Shown: one piece after another, positions 24,742 to 35,915 of the stretch
Numbering within the stretch: position 1 is the stretch's first letter
Layout: every line of letters starts with the position of its first letter
Source of the DNA: Macrostomum lignano
Taxonomy: Eukaryota
Length of the DNA stretch: 64,000 nt
NCBI GenBank assembly: GCA_002269645.1
Contig: NIVC01000015.1
Coordinates: forward strand, 1-64,000
Direction: 5' to 3'
Translations under genes and position numbers: made by a program
Notes under the pieces: generated by a model
What the model was told of the DNA's origin: nothing
Seen by the model: the letters and a program-made list of their open reading frames with translations, nothing else
Database searches by the model: none

Positions 24742-25635
24742 TTAGGTGAGGGGTTCACTGGAGCCGAACGGGAAGACCCGCTGCTTTGACTCGCGCAGGA
24801 TGTCTGCCGTGCTTCCAATGGCCTTGAATGTTTTGAGTACATTCGGTTTGCAGCTGGTGCTGCTGTCGATTAGCAGGTCTGTGGCGTGGTCGTTGATGTC
24901 CGCTTTAACGAGCGGTAGTTGCTTACGCTGTGGCGTAAGGCAGAACACCACACAGCTGCTGTCGCTCTCGCTGTTGCTGATCAATCGGCTGCTCCTCGGC
25001 AATGGTGTGCACCTTTCTGGAGCTCGCAGATTTGGACAAGCACGCCTTCGCCGACGTTGTTGCAGAGAGGGTGGAGAGAGGGTTGAGAGTGGGTGGAGAG
25101 AGAGGGTGGAGAGTGGGTGGAGAGTGGGTGGAGAGAGGGTGGAGAGAGAGGTGGAGAGTGAGTGGAGAGTGAGTGGAGAGAGGCTGGAGAAAGAGGTGAA
25201 GAGAAGGTGGAGAGAGGGTGGAGATTGGGTGGAGAGTGGGTGGAGAGAGAGGGCGGAGAGAGAGGGTGAAGAGAGGGTGGAGAGAGGGTGGAGAGAGGTG
25301 GAGAGAGGGTGGAGAGAGGTTGAAGAGAGAGGGTGGAGAGAGAGGGTGGAGAGAGGGTGGAGAGAGAGGGTGGAGAGAGAGGGTGGAGAGAGGGTGGAGA
25401 GAGGGTGGAGAGAGGGTGGAGAGAGAGGGTGGAGAGAGGGTGGAGAGTTGCTAGTGCAGTGGCGGCCCCAGGCCAAATCTCACCAGACAGCAGGAGGAGC
25501 CGGAAAGCGCAGCCAGTCACGGACGCACCGTTTGAAAAAATAAATCAGTTGCTCACAGCGCGGCAGAGTTTGGGTGCAGCCGATGCCACTACTGCATGCC
25601 TGCGCACTGCAATCGACAGCTACATGCAAGGCGCC
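24742..25635 (-). CDS. Putative last two exons (25484-25635, 24742-25045) of an unidentified gene convergent with the SLC22 locus
   Basis: Frame-consistent splice (TAG|GGC phase 0; TG|GTGAGA donor; AAG|G, first AG after the CT-rich array). Codons are visibly C/G-ending. No family recognised and no upstream exon found. Confidence 0.33.
25065..25447. repeat. GA-rich degenerate repeat (GGTGGAGAGAG)
   Basis: Read directly. Confidence 0.92.
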
Positions 25636-25939
25636 CTACTGAAAACCGAATCAAGGCTTGGCGTTTACCATACTCAACCGTGCAGAGCTTCATTCATTGC
25701 TGATTTGCGATGTTTTGCAAGGCATGAATAATTAATTATTGTGGCTGGTTACATCAAGGAAATGAAAATAATTGTTATTTTTTAGACTAGTTTGCAAAAC
25801 TCTGGGAACTTTAAATTCTGAAAGACTAAAGTTCTTTATGGCCTCTTTATGCCTTTGTGATTCACTTCAGCATTTGCGCTCGGATTAAAACACTATTTCT
25901 GCTTAAGTGCTGCTAATTCTCGGCAGATCCCCCCATTTC

Positions 25940-26940
25940 TACTAATCCACACACCTCTCCTAATCCCCCCACTTCTCCTAATCCACAACACCTCTCCTAA
26001 TCCCCCCACTTTTCTTAGTCACATACTTCTCCTACTCTCCACACCTCTCCTAATCCCCTTACCTTTCATAATCCCCTCACCTCTCCTAATCCCCTCACCT
26101 TTCCTAATCCCCTCACCTCTCCTAATCCCCTCACCTCTCCTAATCCCCTCACCTCTCCTAATCCCCTCACCCCTCCTAATCCCCTCACCTCTCCTAATCC
26201 CCTCACCTCTCCTAATCCCCTCACCTCTCCTAATCCCCTCACCCCTCCTAATTCCCTCACCTTTCCTAATCCCCTCACCTTTCCTAATCCCCTCACCTTT
26301 CCTAATCCCCTCACCTCTCCTAATCCCCTCACCTTTCCTAATCCCCTCACCTCTCCTAATGGCCCCTCACCTTTCCTATTCCCCTCACCTCTCCTAATCC
26401 CCTCACCTTTCCTAATCCCCTCACCTCTCCTAATCCCCACACTTCTCCTAATCCCCACACCTCTCCTAATCCCCACACTTCTCCTAATCCACACACCTCT
26501 CCTAATCCCCCCACTTCTCCTAATCCACACACCTCTCCTAATCCCCTCACCTCTCCTAATCCCCACACTTCTCCTAATCCACACACCTCTCCTAATCCCC
26601 CCACTTCTCCTAATCCACACACCTCTCCTAATCCCCCCACTTCTCCTAATCCACACACCTCTCCTAATCCCCCACTTTTCTTAATCACATACTTCTTCTA
26701 ATCCCCCACTTTTCTTAATCACATACTTCTTCTAATCTCCACACCTCTCCTAATTCCCACACTTCTCCTAATCCCATACTTCTCCTAATCACATACTTCT
26801 CCTAATCCCCACACTTCTCCTAATCCCATACTTCTAATCCCCACGCCTCTTCTAATTCCCATACCTCTCTTAATCCCCACACTTTTCTTAATCCTCACAC
26901 TTCTTCGAATCCTCACACTTCTCCTAATCCCCACACCTCT
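25940..26940. repeat. 18-19-bp C-rich minisatellite (CTCTCCTAATCCCCTCAC)
   Basis: Read directly. Confidence 0.94.
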
Positions 26941-27344
26941 TCCAATCACGTGCAATCTGCTACTGCAATCTGCTACCTGCTACTGCTATAAAGAATCCTC
27001 ACTATCTAGCTCATGTTTTTCTTCATCAGGACCCGGGCACCCCAGCTTCACCCGAACTCCAAACTGTTAAGGTGGAAGAAAAAATTAAGTCAGAAAAGCA
27101 GCTGCAATTTTTCTCCGTAGCTAATTGCTAAATACCTGCTTCCGAATCAGACACTCGTGAATAATTAATAATCAGGTCTGTCAGTTGTCACGCTAAACCA
27201 ACTGCTGGATGTTGTGGGCTCTGAAATTTCAAATCCCAGAGACGGAGGAATGAGGTGGATCAAGTTTTTATCCCATCAGCGTCCTGGGCCGAATAACAAA
27301 ATCCCATGCATCCCCTATAGGTAGAGTTGTTCTCTTCGGTAGTT

Positions 27345-28320
27345 TAGTGGGGCGGATTCACCAGGATCGGTAGTTTAGGGGGGGCGGATTCACCAGGATC
27401 GGTAGTTTGTAGGGGGCGGATTCACCAGGATCGGTAGTTTGTACGGGGCGGATTCACCAGGATCGGTAGTTTGTAGGGGGCGGATTCACCAGGATCGGTA
27501 GAGTTTAGGGGGTGGATTCACCAGGATCGGTAGTTTGTAGGGGGCGGATTCACCAGGATCGGTAGTTTAGGGGGCGGATTCACCAGGATCGGTAGTTTGT
27601 AGGGGCGGATTCACCAGGATCGGTAGTTTGTAGGGGGCGGATTCACCAGACTCGGTAGTTTGTAGGGGGCGGATTCACCAGGATCGGTAGTTTGGGGGGC
27701 GGATTCACCAGGATCGGTAGTTTGTAGGGGGCGGATTCACCAGGATCGGTAGTTTGTAGGGGGAGGATTCACCAGGATCGGTAGTTTAGGGGGCGGATTC
27801 ACCAGGATCGGTAGTTTGTAGGGGGCGGATTCACCAGGATCGGTAGTTTGTAGGGGGCGGATTCACCAGGATCGGTAGTTTGGGGGGCGGATTCACCAGG
27901 ATCGGTAGTTTGTAGGGGGCGGATTCACCAGGATCGGTAGTTTGTAGGGGGAGGATTCACCAGGATCGGTAGTTTGTAGGGGGCGGATTCACCAGGATCG
28001 GTAGTTTGTAGGGGGCGAATTCAACAGGATCGGTAGTTTGTAGGGGGCGGATTCACCAGGATCAGTAGTTTAGGGGCGGATTCACCAGGATCGGTAGTTT
28101 GTAGGGGGCGAATTCACCAGGATCGGTAGTTTGTAGGGGGCGGATTCACCAGGATCGGTAGTTTGTAGGGGCGGATTCACCAGGATCGGTAGTTTGTAGG
28201 GGGCGAATTCAACAGGATCGGTAGTTTGTAGGGGGCGGATTCACCAGGATCGGTAGTTTGTAGGGGGCGGATTCAACAGGATCGGTAGTTTAGGGGAGTG
28301 GATTAGTTAGGATCGGTAGT
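27345..28320. repeat. About 32-bp minisatellite (GGGGGCGGATTCACCAGGATCGGTAGTTTGTA), about 30 copies
   Basis: Read directly; ends about 300 bp before the scratch ATG. Confidence 0.96.
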
Positions 28321-28624
28321 GAAGAGATTAAGAAAGACTAAAGAGATTAAGATTATGAGATTAAAAGATCCTCGAATTTATGAACTGAAGTGCGACTTCT
28401 CAGAAGTTTAGGAAGAATATTCATAGAAGAGGAATTATTGTGGATCCCGGCTCGAGTCGGAGCCGCTCTCATTGGCTAGCGGGGCTGGCGACTTCCCCTT
28501 CCCGCGAATCCCGCTCAGGCCAAACCATCCCCACCACCCCAATCTCTGGGCATAAATTTGAGAACTGGCCCAGAAAATCTCAAGCTCCTCTCCTGCTCAC
28601 TGCTTCCCTTCATCAATCAATCTC

Positions 28625-31600
28625 ATGGACCAGTCAGACCCATTGAGTTCAAGTGCTCTCATCGCCAGAAGCTGCCAGCTGTTGATGCAGCAGCAGTTGT
28701 CAGTACAAGGAACCGCGTTATCGAGCTCTTCGAGTGTTGCAGACTCTGCTTCCAGTTCTGCCGCGGCACTCCTGGAAGAAAATCTGCGCTTCTATCAGCA
28801 AGTTGCCGCCGCGGCTGCCTGGTGGCGCCACCAGCTGCAGCTCGCCGGCGCCGCGATTGGTGAGTTTCTTAGAAAATACGACCGGTTTCTTAGAAATTCG
28901 ATCGGAAATAAATCCTTTTTCTTAAAAAGCCAAGTCGACTTCTGAGCAAAAATGTTTTTGCCATTTTGTTTCTTGGAAAAATCAGTATTTTTTTAGAAAA
29001 GTTAGCGGGATTTTAAATATTCTTTCTTAGAATTCTGATCTTAAAAAATGTTTTCTGTCTCTCGTTTCTCGGAAAGTTTTCTGCTTCTTATCTGTTTCTT
29101 AAAAACCTAAGTCGATTGTTATCTATAAATCTCTTGGAAAATAAATGCAGATTTGAATTGTTCTTTTTAAGAATTTTGTCAATTTCTTAAAATATACCAA
29201 ACGGTTTGTCTCTTCAATCTGTGTGGGACATGACAAAGGAGCAAAGTTTACGCACGAATAACGATTCGAGCAAGAAGTTTTTTGTTATTAGAGAGGGAAG
29301 ACACAAAAATAATTAACTCCAAGGACTGCTGTAGGACGAACCTCTCCCTCGATGTCTCATGTACCAAATAGCAACAGATTTGAAAAAAATAATTTTTTAA
29401 ACCAAGCTTTATTTAAAACCATCAGAGCAGAACTTGTGCTCAAGATGGGTGAAGAGATGCCGAGAACAGGGAGGGTTTCACAGACAGCAGCGTGTGGAGG
29501 GAGCCAGATGTCATTTCTGTATCCTTATGCCCGCTCAGAGTCATGTTTTATCATTAGACATCTCCAATGCTATCATTTGGTATCATTTTTTTCTCTCCAA
29601 AGAAGAAACAATCCCTTTGTTCGCTGATGCGAACTCGATGACAGGGGGGGGGGGAGAGAAGGGACAGAGAAAGGCAGCCTGACTGTTGCTTGCAGCTGTT
29701 CAGTTCTGTAGCAATCAGCTTAGCAACTATATAAGATTTCATTATTTCTACCGCCCATAAACAAAGCTATATTTGCACTGATATATATCCAGTGCATTGG
29801 CTGGAATTGATACCGATAGGTTTAAAAAGATCATCCTTAGCACTGTGTTGGGTGGCGCTTCTGTTCTGGGTGAATGGCGCTTCTGTTCTGAGTGAATTGC
29901 GCTTCTGTTCTGAGTAAATGGCGCTTCTGTTCTGGGTGAATGGCGCTTCTGTTCTGGGTGAATGGCGCTTCTGTTCTGAGTGAATTGCGCTTCTGTTCTG
30001 AGTAAATGGCGCTTCTGTTCTGGGTGAATGGCGCTTCTGTTCTGGGTGAATGGCGCTTCTGTTCTGGGTGAATGGCGCTTCTGTTCTGGGTGAATGGCGC
30101 TTCTGTTCTGAGTGAATTGCGCTTCTGTTCTGAGTAAATGGCGCTTCTGTTCTGGGTGAATGGCGCTTCTGTTCTGGGTGAATGGCGCTTCTGTTCTGGG
30201 TGAATGGCGCTTCTGTTCTGAGTAAATGGCGCTTCTGTTCTGGGTGAATGGCGCTTCTGTTCTGGGTGAATGGCGCTTCTGTTCTGGGTGAATGGCGCTT
30301 CTGTTCTGGGTGAATGGCGCTTCTGTTCTGAGTAAATGGCGCTTCTGTTCTGGGTGAATGGCGCTTCTGTTCTGGGTGAATGGCGCTTCTGTTCTGGGTG
30401 AATGGCGCTTCTGTTCTGGGTGAATGGCGCTTCTGTTCTGGGTGAATGGCGCTTCTGTTCTGGGTGAATGGCGCTTCTGTTCTGGGTGAATGGCGCTTCT
30501 GTTCTGGGTGAATGGCGCTTCTGTGCTGAGTGAATGGCGCTTCTGTTCTGAGTGAATGGCGCTTCTGTTCTGGGTGAATGGCGCTTCTGTTCTGGGTGAA
30601 TGGCGCTTCTGTTCTGAGTGAATTGCGCTTCTGTTCTGAGTAAATGGCGCTTCTGTTCTGGGTGAATGGCGCTTCTGTTCTGGGTGAATGGCGCTTCTGT
30701 TCTGGGTGAATGGCGCTTCTGTTCTGGGTGAATGGCGCTTCTGTTCTGAGTGAATGGCGCTTCTGTTCTGGGTGAATGGCGCTTCTGTGCTGAGTGAATG
30801 GCGCTTCTGTTCTGGGTGAATGGCGCTTCTGTTCTGAGGGAATGGCGCTTCTGTTCTGGGTGAATGGCGCTTCTGTTCTGGGTGAATGGCGCTTCTGTTC
30901 TGGGTGAATGGCGCTTCTGTTCTGGGTGAATGGCGCTTCTGTTCTGGGTGAATGGCGCTTCTGTTCTGAGTGAATTGCGCTTCTGTTCTGGGTGAATGGC
31001 GCTTCTGTTCTGGGTGAATGGCGCTTCTGTTCTGGGTGAATGGCGCTTCTGTTCTGGGTGAATGGCGCTTCTGTTCTGGGTGAATGGCGCTTCTGTTCTG
31101 AGTGAATGGCGCTTCTGTTCTGGGTGAATGGCGCTTCTGTTCTGGGTGAATGGCGCTTCTGTTCTGGGTGAATGGCGCTTCTGTTCTGAGGGAATGGCGC
31201 TTCTGTTCTGGGTGAATGGCGCTTCTGTTCTGAGTGAATGGCGCTTCTGTTCTGGGTGAATGGCGCTTCTGTTCTGAGTGAATTGCGCTTCTGTTCTGAG
31301 TAAATGGCGCTTCTGTTCTGGGTGAATGGCGCTTCTGTTCTGGGTGAATGGCGCTTCTGTTCTGGGTGAATGGCGCTTCTGTTCTGAGGGAATGGCGCTT
31401 CTGTTCTGGGTGAATGGCGCTTCTGTTCTGGGTGAATGGCGCTTCTGTTCTGAGGGAATGGCGCTTCTGTTCTGGGTGAATGGCGCTTCTGTTCTGGGAG
31501 AATGGCGCTTCTGTTCTGGGTGAATGGCGCTTCTGTTCTGGGTGAATGGCGCTTCTGTTCTGGGTGAATGGCGCTTCTGTTCTGGGTGAATGGCGCTTCT

Positions 31601-32895
31601 GTGCTGAGTGGCGCTGTAATGTTAAACAAATCTGTACTGTAAAACTACTCCCCGCAGGCTCTTATCCGATCGCAACGAAAGACTGGCAGACACCGCAGCT
31701 TCGGGCGCTTCAGCATCTGCCGCAGCCGCAGGCGCCGCCGCAGGAGCAGCCTCCGCCTTCATCAGCAGCGAAGGAGCTCCTGGCAGATGACGACAGCCAG
31801 CCGAGCTCCACAGTCAGGTACACCATCGACGCCTTTCTGGCTAGCGACGGTCGCTCCTCCCGACGTGTCGGCAGCGGCGCTGGGCGGCCGCCGAAGTCGC
31901 CGACAAAGGAGCGGAGCCGGGCCAGCCGGTTCGAATGCTCGGACTGCGGCCGGAGCTACGCCACCTCCAGCAACCTCAGCCGGCACCGCCAGACGCATCG
32001 GAGTCTCGACAGTCAGGGAGCTCGGCGCTGCCAGCACTGCGGCAAGGCCTACGTGTCCATGCCGGCCCTGGCGATGCACCTGATGACGCACAGCCTGAAG
32101 CACCGCTGCCACGTGTGCGGCAAGTCCTTCAGCCGGCCCTGGTTACTGAGCGGCCACCTCAGGGCTCACACCGGTGAGGAGAGCAGCCCGGCCTGAATCT
32201 GTGTATCTATAGATCTAGACACTGTGTATCTATAGATATAGACACTGTGTATCTATAGATATAGACACTGTGTATCTATATATCTAGACACTGTGTATCT
32301 ATAGATCTAGGCACTGTGTATCTATCGATCTAGACACTATGCATCTATAGATCTAGACACTGTGTATCTATAGATCTAGACACTGTTTATCTATAGATCT
32401 AGATACACGATACCTGATACAGTGAATATATTTATCTAGCCATGTATATATAGATTTAGATACTATGCATCTATAGATCTAAATATTATAGACATGTATC
32501 GATATAGATCTATCAAACATCTATAGATCTATACAATGTTTTTGAGCCTTAGACACGCCTTCGATCTATAGATCCATGGAAAGTGCATTCACAGATCCAG
32601 CTAGAGATAACTCTCTAGCGCTGAAATCCCTAGACATCTCCAGACGCATCTACAGACCGTCTCGAACTCTCAACCAACAGGCGAAAAACCTTTCGGATGC
32701 GCGCACTGCGGTCGCGCATTCGCCGACCGGTCCAACCTGCGCGCGCACATGCAGACCCACACCGGTGAGAGGCAGCACCGGTGCCACAGGTGCGGCCGGG
32801 GCTTCGCACTGCGCGCCTATCTTAGCAAGCACCTGGAGTCCCGGGCCTGCTGCAGGGGCGAGGCTGAGAAAGCGATGAAAGTTGAAACAGTGTGA
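28625..32895 (+). CDS. scrt: Scratch (Snail superfamily) C2H2 zinc-finger transcription factor, 321 aa; exons 28625-28859, 31658-32173, 32681-32895
   Basis: Diagnostic fingers (YATSSNLSRHRQTHRSLDS, YVSMPALAMH, FSRPWLLSGH, GEKPFGCAHCGRAFADRSNLRAHMQTH) and a Scratch-domain motif (YTIDAFLASDGRSSRR). Phase-1 junctions G|GTGAGT 28860, CAG 31657, G|GTGAGG 32174, CAG 32680. AATAAA at 32983. Exon 1 is less certain than exons 2-3. Confidence 0.93.
29855..31615. repeat. 22-bp minisatellite (GCGCTTCTGTTCTGGGTGAATG), about 80 copies, scratch intron 1
   Basis: Read directly; explains the 620-aa antisense ORF. Confidence 0.98.
32200..32575. repeat. 23-bp palindrome-rich minisatellite (GACACTGTGTATCTATAGATCTA), scratch intron 2
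   Basis: Read directly; degenerates toward its 3' end. Confidence 0.92.
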
Positions 32896-33235
32896 CTTGG
32901 CAATGCCTGCTCCAAACTTTACCTGCTAATCGCTATTGCAATGTACATGTATCAAAGCCAAACCTGTTGTTTACTCTGGCACAATAAACTTTTGAAAAAG
33001 CCATAGCGACTAAACTGATACGAGAGCGGCGTGCGTTTACAATTTTAATAATTTTTTTTTTATTCTCCTACTCCTAATGCAACGGGGGGTGCAGATATAA
33101 GGGGGGGGGGTATATATAAGCACAAATACTTCTCATGTGGGATTGAACCTCAGAATTGAGAATTTCTGCTACTGTGGTCGTTTGTCTATGCCAAATATTT
33201 TAATCCATTACTCTTGCCACTGTGAATTTCAACAT

Positions 33236-34040
33236 TTCTCTGATTCACCCTCTGACCCTCTCCCTCTCTCTGACTCTCACCCTCTCTCTGACACTCATCC
33301 TCTCTCTGACTCTCACCCTCTCTCTGACTCTCACCCTCTCTCTGACTCTCACCCTCTCTCTGACTCTCACCCTCTCTCTGACTCTCACCCTCTCTCTGAC
33401 TCTCACCCTCTCTCTGACTCTCACCCTCTCTCTGACACTCATCCTCTCTCTGACTCTCACCCTCTCTCTGACTCTCACCCTCTCTGACACTCATCCTCTC
33501 TCTGACTCTCACCCTCTCTCTGATTCTCACCCTCTCTCTGACTCTCACCCTCTCTCTGACACTCATCCTCTCTCTGACTCTCACCCTCTCTCTGATTCTC
33601 ACCCTCTCTCTCTGACTCTTACCCTCTCTCTGACACTCATCCTCTCTCTGACTCTCACCCTCTCTCTGATTCTCACCCTCTCTCTGACTCTCACCCTCTC
33701 TCTGACACTCATCCTCTCTCTGACTCTCACCCTCTCTCTGATTCTCACCCTCTCTCTCTGACTCTCACCCTCTCTCTGACACTCACCCTCTCTCTGACTC
33801 TCACCCTCTCTCTGACTCTCACCCTCTCTCTGACTCTCACCCTCTCTCTGACTCTCACCCTCTCTCTGACTCTCACCCTCTCTCTGACTCTCACCCTCTC
33901 TCTGACTCTCACCCTCTCTCCGACTCTCACCCTCTCTCTGACTCCCACCCTGTCTCTCTGATTCTCATTATGTCATTCCCTCTTTGATTCTTACCCTCTC
34001 TAACAATTAACCTCTTTATCTGACTCTCACTACTCTCTCT
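33236..34040. repeat. 18-bp minisatellite (TCTCTCTGACTCTCACCC), CT orientation
   Basis: Read directly. Confidence 0.96.
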
Positions 34041-34403
34041 CAGATTTCGACAATTCAAGCCTGTAGGCCGGTGGTCCTTGTGAAGTTTCTGGCCTGCCAA
34101 TTTTACTGTCCCGATTTGAGTGGTCGTCGGTTCGAGTTCCGTGACGGCGGCCGGTCACCGGACATGATGAGGGCGCCATCACACCAGGTTTAGTCCTGTC
34201 AGATCAGAGCTTGCCGCCTCGTGGAACCAGTTGGCTAGCAGTTACCCATTTTTTATGCCGGACAATGAGTGACTCAAGGTGACCTTGAGCCAAAATCTGG
34301 ACTGCCATCTCCCCACAAAACCGACACATTGACAGACTACAAGGGTTATGAGGCAGAAAGGTAGCCAGAGAGCGAGAGGGTAAGACTTGGAGAGTGGGGG
34401 TAA

Positions 34404-34835
34404 TCAGAGAAGGGTGAGAGTCAGAGAGAGGGTGAGAGTCAGAGAGAGGCTGAGAGTCAGAGAGAGGGTGAGAGCAGAGAGAGGGTGAGAGTCAGAGGGG
34501 GTGAGAGTCAAAGGGGGTGGGAGTCAGAGGGGGTGACAATCAGAGAGAGGGTGAGAGTCAGAGAGAGGGTGAGATTTAGAGAGGGTGACAGTCAGAGAGA
34601 GTGAGAGTCATAGAGAGGGTGAGAGTCAGAGGGGGTGAGAGTCAGAGAGAGGCTGAGAGTCAGAGAGAGGCTGAGAGTCAGAGAGAGGCTGAGAGTCAGA
34701 AGGGGTGAGAGTCAGAGTGGGTGAGAGTCAGAGAGAGGCTGAGAGTCAGAGAGAGGCTGAGAGTCAGAAGGGGTGAGAGTCAGAGGGGGTGAGAGTCAGA
34801 GAGGGTGAAAGTCGGAGAGGGGTGACAGTCAGAGA
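34404..34835. repeat. Same 18-bp unit in the opposite orientation (GGGTGAGAGTCAGAGAGA)
   Basis: Reverse complement of the 33236-34040 unit. Confidence 0.95.
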
Positions 34836-35340
34836 CAGTCAGCTTCAGTCTGAACTGAGCTGAGAAGACTTGGCACTCCAATCCAGATTCTGCTTCACGG
34901 CCTCCTCTACTGATCAATCTCTGCCCTCATGTTCAAATTTCACCGAATAAAAACGGAACAGAAAACAAAGTGGGGATCTTCATGGGAAATTCGATGCCAA
35001 TGCCCACTGCGTACCGACTCTGATGGGGCGCGTGTTGACCCCTGTTGTTGCGCAATCGAGCAAGCAACCCATCGATCTTGGCGCAAAATCTTTTTGAGAG
35101 ACGGAGCAGCTTTTTGCGTCTGAGACGGCTGGGATTGACAGCCAGATGAGCGACTGCGGTTAGACAGAGAGGCGGCCTGGGGCGAAACAAATTCTATAAA
35201 AATGAATTGAGATGCCGGTTGTGAAGACAGAAAAGGTTGATAATTCCAAGATTAAGAGCGATGGATGCGGGGGAGAGTCTGAGTGCCCTCGAGCATAAGA
35301 GGAAGGGGTGGGTGTCGAAGAGCTGAGATCAGGGTTGAAT

Positions 35341-35915
35341 TCAGTGAGAGTGGGTGAGATTCAGAGAGAGGGTGAGAGTCAGAGAGAGGGTGAGAGTCAG
35401 AGAGAGGGTGAGAATCAGAGAGAGGGTGAGAATCAGAGGGAGGTTGAGAGTCAGAGAGAGGGTGAGAGTCAGAGCAAGGGTGAGAATCAGAGAGAGAGGG
35501 TGAGAGTCAGAGAGAGGGTGAGAGTCAGAAAGAGGGTGAGAATCAAAGAGAGGCTGAGAGTCAGAGAGAGGGTGAGAATCAGAGAGAGGGTGAGAGTCAG
35601 AGAGAAGGTGAGAGTCAGAGAGAGGCTGAGAGTCACAGAGGCTGAGAGTCAGAGAGAGAGTGAGAGTCAGAGAGAGGGTGAGAGTCAGAAAGAGGGTGAG
35701 AATCAAAGAGAGGCTGAGAGTCAGAGAGAGGGTGAGAATAAGAGAGAGGGTGATGTCAAAGAGAGGCTGAGAGTCAGAGAGAGTGTGAGAGTCACAGAGG
35801 CTGAGAGTCAGAGAAAGGGTGAGAATCAAAGAGAGGGTGAGAATCAAAGAGAGGGTGAGAGTGAAAGAGATCGAGAGAGTCAGTCAGGGGGTGAGAGTCA
35901 GAGAGTGTGAGAGTC
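35341..35915. repeat. Third array of the 18-bp unit, GA orientation
   Basis: Read directly. Confidence 0.95.

Noticed and set aside
29767-31629. 620-aa minus-strand ORF (TEAPFTQNRSAIHPEQKRHSPR repeats)
   Set aside because: It is a translation of a stop-free 22-bp unit cycling through three frames, antisense within scratch intron 1, with no ATG start or unique domain.
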